NCBI GenBank assembly: GCA_038087875.1
Contig: CM075989.1
Coordinates: 19,160,001 to 19,224,000 of the forward strand
Direction of reading: 5' to 3'
DNA length: 64,000 nt
Source of the DNA: Malacoraja senta
Lineage: Eukaryota
The translations under genes and the position numbers were made by a program. The notes beneath the pieces were generated by a model that saw nothing but the letters and a program-made list of their open reading frames with translations, had not been told where the DNA came from and did no database searches. This document shows positions 1 to 44,083 of this stretch, in pieces; the stretch's first letter is position 1; each line of letters opens with the position of its first letter.

Positions 1-272
1 CGTTAACATGTAATGTGAAAAGTAGCAGACCTTACACTCCTGACTCCTGCGAAACACCACTGGGCATCGGCAGCAAGCCAGAAAAAGCTCCCTTTATTCC
101 AACTCTTTACCTCTCGCCTTAAAGCTATGTCCTCTAGCCTTTGACATTTTCAGCCTGGGAAAAAGGTTCTGACTGTTTGCCCCATCTATGCCTCTTCATA
201 ATTTTATAAACTTCCATCAGGTCTCCACTCATACTCTGACATTCGAGGGAAACCATCCAGCCTGTTAAGTTA

Positions 273-443
273 AAGGTAGACAAAAATGCTGGAGAAACTC
301 AGCGGGTGAGGCAGCATCTATGGTGCGAAGGAATAGGTATTAATAGGAATACCTATTCCTTCGCTCCATAGATGCTGCCTCACCCGCTGAGTTTCTCCAG
401 CATTTTTGTCCACCTTTGATTTTTCCAGTTTTTTCTTAAACAA
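273..443. mobile_element. Fold-back Penelope-derived short element with 15-bp TSD
   Basis: About 70-bp inverted arms; CAGCCTGTTAAGTTA at 258-272 and 444-458. Confidence 0.85.
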
Positions 444-494
444 CAGCCTGTTAAGTTAGACAAGTTTGTAAAATCCAAAAACATTTGCCATTAT

Positions 495-1640
495 TTAAAA
501 TAGTATATGTGCCATTTATTATTTTTTGGTACATTTCAAAAGATTTACACAAGAACTGTTGAAGTAGTCACAAAACAGTTACAGAAAGAAAACCAAAAAT
601 TGTACAATTGGTCCTACACGAAGTAAGTGCTTTAACAAGGGATCCTATAAGAATTCAAAAGGCTTTAACTCTTTGCCGATATCTCAGTAATGTTGTAATA
701 GTCCACTTCTTACGAAATGAATTAAAATCTTGAAAAGATCACAGTGCATTTAAATCTACTGCATTGGATAACATCAAACAAACCACTTGAAACGACAACT
801 TTGATTACTTTTTTTCCTGCTGCAATATGTGGAGTTTTCAAACAGTCAATGTCTACAGACCTAACCCAGACTTGTCATCTGCTACTGAACATTAATTTAC
901 AATTCTGTGTATCAAAAACAAAAGAAAAATTCTGTCAAAATGAACATGCTGAACAAAAGAGAAATTTGCCACCTATTAATACTGCTACTATTCAGCGCAA
1001 TTCATATTGTATAATATACCCACATATATTCTGGAAAAGGTTTGTTTAAATAGATTCTCTACATTGTATTCCACTGTCTAATCTATTAATTAACCATAAG
1101 AGTATCACGTGTAGTTATTCTTAGCAATAAAACATAAGTAGTGCTTTGTGACAATATTTCGAAGTGCCTGACCTCAATACACTGCCACTTGGACTCAAGA
1201 AAGCATTACAATTATTTTGTTCCACAGCTTAACTTTACGCCTATTTTTTTGTTAGACAAAAGGGGACTCAAAGGCATGGGAAAATGGAAGCTTTAATAAA
1301 AATGTCTATTTAATAACATTTAAAAATGGTGAAATAATTACGAAGTTGGGGAAATACCTACTAACGCGCATTGTGGAAAAGGCAGAGACCACGACTAAAT
1401 ATTTTGTGCGGTGCAAGTGCAACTGAATTATGAGACCAATCCATGATTACATGAAACCCTGCCAGGTTTCTTAAATAATGATATAGTCACTACAGACTCG
1501 TTTAAATGTTACAGTCCCCAGTATTTTCACATTTCCTAAAGCAGACACAAAATCTAGAAGTCGCGCCATCATACTGCAAATGTCAAGAAATCCCCAAATG
1601 GAAACTTCACTCTGAATTGGAGGATCAACTCCAGGACGTT
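495..1640 (-). other. GNB5: Probable GNB5 3' UTR
   Basis: About 1.15 kb of AT-rich sequence without recognisable repeats after the stop, ending near an AATAAA; the 3' end is inferred. Confidence 0.6.
515..520 (-). terminator. Candidate polyadenylation signal AATAAA for GNB5
   Basis: TTTATT on the + strand at the distal end of the repeat-free UTR-like block. Confidence 0.5.
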
Positions 1641-34859
<33,219 letters not shown>

Positions 34860-35153
34860 TTAAAACCCAGTCGCAAAGTGCAAGATTTCAAAATGGTTGA
34901 CACCATCCACCTGAAGTGCATTGTTCCCATCAAGGGGCCACTATCGCAACATTTAAAAGACACTTGAATCAGGTTCGTGAATAGGAAAGGTTTAGAGGGA
35001 TATGGACCAAATACAGGCAAATCAGATGAGCTGAGATGGGGCATCTTAGTCTACACAGACGAGTTGGGCCGATGGGCTTGTTTGACTCTGTGACACTGCC
35101 GTGAATAAATTACTAACTTGTTAACTTAAAGGTCTGGATATTGGTCTGACAAA

Positions 35154-35578
35154 AGACAATAGGTGCAGGAGTAGGCCATTCAGTCCTTCGAGCCAGCACC
35201 GCCATTCAAAGTGATCATGGCTGATCATCCACAATCAGTACCTGGTTCCTGCCTTATCCCCATATCCCCTGACTCCACTATCTTTAAGAGCTCTATCTAA
35301 CTCTCTCTTGAAAACATCCAGATAACTGGCCTCCAACCGCTTTCTGAGGCAGAGAATTCCACAGACTCACAACCCTCTGTGTGAAAAGTTTTTCCTCATC
35401 TCCGTTCCTTACCCTTTATTCTTAAACTGTGGCCCCTGGTTCTGGACTCCCCCAACATCGGGAACATGTTTCCTGCCTCTAGCGTGTCCAAATAATAATC
35501 TTGTACGTTTCAATAAGATTCCCTCTCATCCTTCTAAATTCCAGAGTGTACAAGCCCAGCCACTCCATTCTATCAACA
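35154..35578 (-). mobile_element. CR1 LINE 3' fragment
   Basis: Same family 3' end. Confidence 0.8.
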
Positions 35579-38060
35579 CATAAATAATTTTAGATCATTA
35601 TAGTCTCAGCGATGATGACCTATATTAGCCCCCTTATTTGTAGGGGGGGGGAGAGGGAAATATGGGACCTAGGGGTGGGAGATGAGTGTATTAAGGAGGG
35701 GGAAAGTGCAAGGTGTTCAGGATGATGGGAGGTGGTGGGAGAATTGTGTGCACAAGGTGGGAGAGTGTGTGTGTGCGTGTGTATATGGGGGGTATTTGAA
35801 ACTGGGAGAACTCAATGTTCATATAAGCTGCCCAAGCAAAACAAAGTTGCATTCCTGATGCTGCATTTATTGGAGAAACTAATTTATTCTTTGTCATCAA
35901 GTCCAGGGAAAAATAATACAAGTTTAAATTGCCATTGGCTTCACTGTCAGAGTTATTTGGGTTGTTACCCATTAGCTCAGTATGAGGGTGGAATCAGTAC
36001 ATGGCCAATGAGAACAAACAGTTGCAAAAGGCTCAGACTTGTTTGAACTTGTCTAATACATCATCAGGGAAGAGACTGACCCCAAATAACAATCTGAAGT
36101 TGTTGCTTCAGTTTACTTTGTCATTCTTCAAATTTCCTTAATACTTTAAATGGAAGAATATTATATAAATAACTCTATCAGTTTGTGGTCATCTCGCCAT
36201 TTTCCCCCCAAGGTTATGACTTAATGTGTTGGCTGGCTAATGTGCCAAAGGCTAATGTATCAAAGCTGATGTCTTTTAACAAAATGCGATTAGGAGGCGG
36301 TTTATCTAATCTGCCTGAGCATTCCGAGTTGGTTAGCAGTGAGATGTGGATCACCAGTGACCTAATGAGCAAATGAATATGGTCACTCGTGATCATATTT
36401 CGCAGAACATAGAACAGTACAGCACAGAAGCAGGCCCTTCGGCCCACAATGTCTGTGTTGAACATGATGCCAAAACCAACTCGTATCTGCCTGCACCTAA
36501 TCCCTGTGCCTATCCAAAAATCTCTTAAACGCCACTATCATATCTGCCTCCACCACCACCCCTGGCAGCATGTTCCAGGCACCCACCACCCTCTGTCTGT
36601 GTATAAACTAGCCCCGCACAGCTCCTTTAAATTCTGCCCCTCTCACCCTATACCTCTGCCCCAGTGTTTAATTTTCCCATTTGATTTTGATTGTTTACCT
36701 TATCTATCCCTCTCATAATTCAATCAGATCCTTGTCTGATTGGGGAAAAGAGAAATCAGTCAGTCAGCAGACAGTCAGAACCTATCCCCTATGTTAAAGG
36801 CTAGAGCGCATAGCTTTATAGGTGAAAGGTGCAAAGCATAGGGAGATAAGCAGACATACACATACAGGGTGGTAGGTGCCTGGAACACAGTGGCTGGGGT
36901 GATGATGGAAACAGATATGATAGAGGCTTTTCGATAGACACATGGATGTGCAGGGAATGGAAGCATATGGATTATGTTCAGACAGAGGATATTAGTTTAA
37001 CTTGGCATCATATCAGGTGGGAACTTCATGGGCCGAATGGGCTGTTCCTGTGTGGTACGTTTCTAGATTCTATCTTCTATGTTCATATCTTATTTCTAAT
37101 AGAGTCTCGCTACATAATCCAATGGATAGGCCCACTGTACGGCCTATTGAATAAATCCTAATCTGATGATATTGCTCAATTATTCGGGTTTGTAAACTAT
37201 CTTAATGAACATAGAACATGGAGCAGGAACTGGCCCTTCAGCTCACAATGCCTGTTCCGAACACGGTCAAGATCAAATCCCATCCCATTCCAGAGCCTCC
37301 CCTTGATGGGAGGAAGGAATGGGTGTAAAAGAGAACTGAGAATAACACAAAGTGCTGGAGGAACTCAGCAGGTCAGGCAACATTTGTGGAGGCAATGGAC
37401 AGATGATCTCTCCAGCACCACAGTCACCCTATTGCGTTTGTACACGGATCTTCCAGCCCCGGGTCCCATGTTTCCCTGTAATCTCCCCCCTTTTCTCTCT
37501 GCTCTCCCCTTCCCCCCATATCCTCCCTCTGACTTTACATTCCACTCCTCTTCTCTCCTGAACTGATACCCTTTCATCCCTTTTTCACCTCTAATCTTTG
37601 TCACTTACTCCATCCATCTGCCAGTTATTTCCCCCTCCCCTCCCCCCCTTCTCCCTTCATTGTATCTGCCCATCACTTGCCAGGCTTTGTCCTGCACCAT
37701 CCTCTCTTATCCTGCTTTCTCCCTCCCCCCCCCCCCTTCAGTCTGAAGAGTCCCAACCCAAAACATCATCTGTCCATTCCCTCCACAGATGCTGCCTGAC
37801 CCGCTGAGTTCCCCAAGAACTTTGTGCTTGGCTCAAGATTGCAACATCTGCAGTCTCTTGTGTCTCTGAAAAAAAACAACCACACTTCTCTAAAAGAGGA
37901 TACGTGAACAGACAGACCTGGGGCACCTCAACTTACAAATCTATGCATTACAATTGCTGCTAAACCCAGTTAACACACTGGCCTTTGAATGGATGATATG
38001 GCCAGTGTGTTAAACTTATCTATACTCCCAAGCCTTTCTTGACGTCCTCTGAGCGAGGGC

Positions 38061-38122
<62 letters not shown>
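38061..38122. repeat. (TA)n microsatellite inside an L2 3' UTR
   Basis: Direct reading; another (TA)n lies at 42620-42652. Confidence 0.95.
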
Positions 38123-38124
<2 letters not shown>

Positions 38125-38473
38125 GTTTTTTTTTATACTATTCTTATAACAAATGTAAAGCACTTTGGCCAACGAGAGTTGTTTTTTAAATGTGCTATAT
38201 AAATAAATGTGACCACTTGACTTGACAGTGTTTGAGTAGCTGCAATCTTTTTTTCTTGTTCATGTTTTGATTTAAAAATGACATCTATTTTTTTAGGTGG
38301 CATGATGGATATCTTTCATTGAAGACAATGGGTAATGTTGACTTTAGTCCACAGTGTGATATGTGTATGAAATGTCTGATGCAGAGGAGGAGCCAAACTA
38401 CCAAAAGAGATAGACAGAAAATGCTGGAGGAACTCAGTGGGACAGGCAGCATCCCTGGAGAGAAGGAATAGGT

Positions 38474-38501
38474 GACGTTTCAGGTCGAGACCCTTCTTCA
38501 G
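38474..38501 (-). ncRNA. Near-intact minimal hammerhead motif, sense to the GNB5 transcript
   Basis: Reverse complement is CUGAAGAAGGGUCUCGACCUGAAACGUC. Confidence 0.55.
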
Positions 38502-39408
38502 ACCGTCTGGAGAAAAGGAATAGGTGATTCCTCCAACTCTCCAAAGGATGTTTCTATTTTCAGCAAAAATAAAATGCTGGAAATGCACAGTAGAATGTAG
38601 GGACTGCAGATGCTGATTTACCAACGGGTCAGACAGCATCCCTAGAGAACATGGACAGGTGATGTTTTGGGTCGGGACCCTTTGTCAGTCCAATCCGAAA
38701 CATCACCTATCCATGTTCTCCAGAGATGCTGCCTGAGCCGCTGAGTTACTCCAGCATTTTGTGCCTTTCCAGTTCAACTCACCACAAGGCAGCTGAAATA
38801 ACTAGGACAACATTGGCCCTAGAAAATGGTATACACAATCATGAGAGGAATAGATCAGGTAGAAGCACAGCCTCTTGCCCAGAGGATGGGAATCAAGAAC
38901 CAGAGGAAAAGGTTGAAAGTGAGGGGGGAAAGATTTAATAGGAACCAGAGGGGTAGCTTTTTTACACAAAGGGTGGTAGGTGTATGGAACGAGCTGCCGG
39001 AGGAGATAGTTGAGGCAGGGACTATCTCAACGTTTAAGAAGCATCTAGACAAGTACATGGGATAGGACAGGTTTAGAGGGATATGGGCCAAATGCAGGCA
39101 GGTAGGACTAGTATGGATGGGTCATGTTGGCTGGTGGGCAAGTTGGACCAAAGGTGTCCATGCTATATGACTCTAAAATGACCTTTGGAGACAGCTATGT
39201 TTCTATGAAGGTTTTTCGATCTTCTGTATTCATATCTTATTTCTAACAGCAACTTGCTACAAAATGCAAGGCCCAAATTGCTGGGGGCCTATTGAATGAT
39301 GAAGGCATGCTTTCTTCAGGGTGTGAGTGAGAAGGGTTGCTCTCAAGACGTTGGTGGCCGATGCCAGCTTGAACCAACGCAGTTTGACACAGCGAGTTGA
39401 TATGGCTT

Positions 39409-39581
39409 AGACAAAAGTGCTGGAGAAACTCAGCGGGTGCAGCAGCATCTATGGAGCGAAGGGTTTCGGTCCGAAACGTTGCCTATTTCCTTCACTCCAT
39501 AGATGCTGCTGCACCCGCTGAGTTTCTCCAGCACTTTTGTCTACCTTCGATTTTCTAGCATCTGCAGTTCCTTCTTAAGCA
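39409..39581. mobile_element. Fold-back Penelope-derived short element with perfect 15-bp TSD
   Basis: GAGTTGATATGGCTT at 39394-39408 and 39582-39596. Confidence 0.88.
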
Positions 39582-41937
39582 GAGTTGATATGGCTTGCTG
39601 GGCTATTAGAGGGGGTAGGTAGAGGGGGTCAGAGACATTGCTGTAGCTCAAAGACCATATATCCCCACCAGGCAAACATAGAAAATAGGTGCAGAAGTAG
39701 GCCATTCAGCCCTTCGAGTCAGCACCGCCATTCAATATGATCATGGCTGATCATCCAAAATCAGTACCCCATTCCTGCTTTCTCCCCATATCCCTTGATT
39801 CCGTTAGCCCTAAGAGCTAAATCTAACTCTTTCTTGAATAAATCCAGTGCATTGGCCTCCACTGCCTCCTGCGGCAGAGAATTCCACAGAATTCAACGAC
39901 ATTACTGAGACAGATGGATTATCACAACAACCTTTCAGTTTCCTGGCCATTACCAACACCAGCCTTTTCTCCAGATTATTTGATTAACTGAGTTTAAATT
40001 CCCCAGCTGTCGAATTGGAATTTGAACTTGTGCTTCCTGATCTCTAGTCCACTCCCCTGGATTACTAGGTTAGTCATTTAATCACCGTGTTATTTTTCAC
40101 TTTAATAATGCCAGAACCCTAACACAGTGAAAGGGAAGGATGATATACAAAGTACTTGTTGAACACAGTGTATATTACCAGGTTTAACAAGCTGAAGCCT
40201 CCAAACCATAATAATTGCTCTTTGCAGCACATTGGTCCTGTTAGATAGAGACATACTGCATGGAATCAGGCCCTTCAGCCCAACCTGTTCATGCCATCAG
40301 GTCTATCAGATGCTCCATCTAAACTAGTTCCACTTGCCCGCGTTTGGCCCATATCCATCTAAACCTGTCCTTAACATGTACAGGTGCAAATATTGTTGTT
40401 GCACTTGCCTCTTTCGATGCCACGTATTTTAGTGTCATCTGCAATACTCTTTCTGATTCCATTTTTTAAGTGAAGTTCCGGTTAAGTGCAAGGTCTGGTC
40501 CCTGTTCAGGGAGTAAAATATGAAGAGAATCTCCTGAATTTTAGACTTGTTTTCGATGCATTCACCCCCTGTGGTACGAGTGAACCTCACATGGTTTTGT
40601 TAAAAGATAGACACAAATAGCCGGAGTAGCTTTTCAGGTCAGGCAGCATCTCTGGAGAAAGCGAGTAGGCTGAAGAAGGGTTTAGACCCAAAACATCACC
40701 CATTCCTCCTCTCCAGAGATGCTGCCTGACCCATTGAGTTGCTCCAGCATTTTCTGCCTACCTTCGGTGTAAACCAGCATCTGCAGTTCCTTCTTACACA
40801 TGGTCTGCTAACATCCTTCAAGTTGGGGACACTGAACAATCTGAATTAATGGAAACTGATGTCCATAAATCAATAGTGATCATGTTTAAGACAGGCGGAA
40901 CACATAACCGTACAGCACTAGAACAGGCCCTTCAGCCCACAATGTCCTTCTGAGCATGATGCCAAGTTAAACTGATTTAGTTTAGATTTTAGTTTCAGTT
41001 TAGATATATAGAGTGCAGAAACAGGCCCTTCGGCCCCACCGAGTCCGCAGTGACTAGCGATCCCCGCACATTAACGCTATCCTACACACACTGGGGACAA
41101 TTTACATTTATACCCGGCCAATAAACCTACAAACCAAAACGTCTTTGGACTGTGGGAGGACAAACCCAAGGAGGTCATAGGGAGAACGTACAAACTGCGT
41201 ACAGATGTCAGACGAAGACATACAGACGCACTCGTAGTCAGGATTGAACCCGGGTCTCTGGCGCTGTTAGGCATGAGCGTTACCACTGCGCTACCGTGCC
41301 ACCCTCCTCTGCCTGCATGTGATCCATATCCCTCCATTCCCTGCATATCCAAATTGCCTATCTAAAAGCATCAAGGCTTACCATGAATATCTTTGAAATG
41401 AATGGCAGAGCTGTGATGAGGGATTGGCGAGAGCAGAGAGAATTCCCATGCACTGAAGATGCTTTTACTAATATACTACCGACTGTAAACATTCTAACAT
41501 TGTCTGAGAAACATATTGGTTAAATATACATTTTGTGTGTGTGTGTACATAGAGTTATAGAGCCATACAGCACAGAAACAGGCCCTTCGGCCCAACTCAT
41601 CCATGCCAACCCAGATGCCCAATCACCGCTAGTATCACATACCAACATTTGGATACAGCATGGAAACAGGCCCTTCGGCCCAACTCATCCATGCTGACCA
41701 ACATGCTCATCTATGCTTATGCAATTTACCCACATTTGGCCCAAATCCCTCTAAACCTTTCCAATCCATGACTCGGTCAAAATGTCATTACAATTTTTGA
41801 TTAAATATTTTTAAAATGCTGTTATTGTACCTGCCTTAACCACTTTCTCCGGCATGCTTAATTATACATAAATTATGTACAGAAAACATTTAAATGCAAT
41901 GCTACAATAGATTTTTATCTCTACTTCTCTGCATCTA

Positions 41938-42432
41938 CTTCTCTACATCGGCGAGACCAAGCGCAGACTCGGTGATCATTTCACTGAACCCCCCCCCCCG
42001 CTCAGTCCGTCTTAACCTACCTGATCCCCCGGTGGCTCAGCACTTCAACTCCCCCTCCCATTCCCAATCTGACCTTTCTGTCCAGGGCCTCCTCCATTGC
42101 CAGAGTGAGGCCCAGCGCAAATTGGAGGAACAGCACCTCATATCAATTTCGCTTGGGTAGTTTACACCCCAGCGGTATGAACATTGACTTCTCCAACTTC
42201 AGATGGCCCTTGCTTTCTCTCTCCATCCCCTTCCCAGTTCTCCCACTAGCCTTACTATCTCCGACTACATTCTATCTTTGTCCCGCCCCCTCACTTGTCA
42301 CCAGCCTGAAGAAGGGTCTCGACCCGAAACGCCGCCCGTTCCTTCTCTCCAGAGATGCTGCCTCCCCCGCTGAGTTACTCCAGCATTTTGTGTCTACCTT
42401 CGATTTAAACCAGCATCTGCAGTTCTTTCTTA
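41938..42432 (+). mobile_element. Penelope-like element 3' part: GIY-YIG endonuclease remnant plus terminal repeat with hammerhead motif
   Basis: LLYIGETKRRLGDHFTE (YIG at 41944-41952), [36 protein letters not shown]; frameshifted. Confidence 0.88.
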
Positions 42433-42617
42433 CAGATTTCTAATACATATTGACCCAATCACTGATATTCTATCTAGATTATATTTATGCATACAGATCA
42501 TTTTGTGTCTATCTTTGGTGTAAAGCAGCATCTGCAGTTCCTTCCGACACATATACAGGTTAGATTTAGGTTGTGGTTTGTTACTGTACAAGTATGCAAA
42601 TAGATATATGATTTATT

Positions 42618-42654
<37 letters not shown>

Positions 42655-42743
42655 TAATAGATCCATATTATCCATATACAATAGATATAGATATCTATCG
42701 ATAGAGCTTTATTGTAGGACTATGATTCTACGACTAGTTTCAT

Positions 42744-42943
42744 NNNNNNNNNNNNNNNNNNNNNNNNNNNNNNNNNNNNNNNNNNNNNNNNNNNNNNNNN
42801 NNNNNNNNNNNNNNNNNNNNNNNNNNNNNNNNNNNNNNNNNNNNNNNNNNNNNNNNNNNNNNNNNNNNNNNNNNNNNNNNNNNNNNNNNNNNNNNNNNNN
42901 NNNNNNNNNNNNNNNNNNNNNNNNNNNNNNNNNNNNNNNNNNN
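42744..42943. other. Assembly gap (200 N)
   Basis: Run of exactly 200 N, preceded by AT-rich (TA)n sequence. Confidence 0.99.
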
Positions 42944-43932
42944 TGGGGACTGTAGGCCTGTAGAGTCGTCCAACTGCAAGTCTCGAAGAAGGGTCTCGAC
43001 CCGAAAAGTCACCCATTCCTTCTCTCCAGAAATGCTGCCTGTGCCGCTGAGTTACCCCAGCATTTTATGTCTATCTTCAGCGTAAATCAGCATCGGCAGT
43101 TTCCTCCTAGTTTAGTTCAGAGATAATGTGAAAACAGGCCCTTCGGTGTATGGAACAAGCTGCCAGAGGAGGTAGTTGAGGCTGGGACTATCCCATCGTT
43201 TAAGAAACAGTTAGACAGGTACATGGATAGGACAGGTTTGGAGGGATATGGGCCAAACGCAGGCTAGTGTAGCTGGGACATTGTTGGCCGGTGTGGGCGA
43301 GTTGGACCAAAGGGTCTGTTTCCACACTATATCACTCTATGAGTCTACTGTTCTGCCACTGTGCCCACCCTTCAGCTGTCTAAGATCATCCCTAAACCTC
43401 CTGCGCTACAAGGAATGAAGTCCTAGCCTGCCCAAACTCTTAGTATAGTTCAGGCTCTCAAGTCGTGGCAAAGATCCCCATGAATCCTCTCTGCACCCTT
43501 TCCAATTTGAAGGCATAAACAAGCATCTTAGAAACATAGAAAATAGGTGCAGGAAGAGGCCATTCGGCCCTTCGAGCCAGCACCGCCATTCAATGTGATC
43601 ATGGCTGATCGTCCCCTATCAATAACCCGTGCCTGCCTTCTCCCATATCCCTTGATTCCACTAGCCCCTAGAGCTCTATCCAACTCTCTCTTAAACCCAT
43701 CCAGTGACTTGGCCTCCACTGCCCTCTGTGGCAGGGAATTCCATAAATTCACAACTCTCTGGGTGAAAGAGTTTTTTCTCACCTCAGTCTTAAATGGCTT
43801 ACCCTTTATTCTAAGACTGTGGCCCCCTGGTTCTGGACTCGCCCAACATTGGGAACATTTTTCCTGCATCTAGCTTGTCCAGTCCTTTTATAATTTTACA
43901 TGTTTCTATCTTCTGCAGGAGGGTGACCTTAC

Positions 43933-44083
43933 CGATCAGTGGCTGGAGGTTATCCTCCATCACTTTGATCACTTGCTGGTAGATGTGGATAGCCAAGTCG
44001 CTCAGAATCTGCCTGTACTCAGACAGGTCAAAGTTTTTCAGGCACTGATCGTTTTGCCGAGGAGAGTTGTGTTTCATAAATTC
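43933..44083 (-). CDS. MYO5C: MYO5C exon (151 nt), [50 protein letters not shown]
   Basis: aatgaag|GAA...ATCG|gtaagg; ORF track 43811..44242. Confidence 0.95.

Noticed and set aside
273..443. Fold-back elements as pre-miRNA genes or DNA-transposon MITEs
   Set aside because: The arms are Penelope terminal-repeat sequence, are asymmetric, and have long variable-sequence TSDs typical of retrotransposition.
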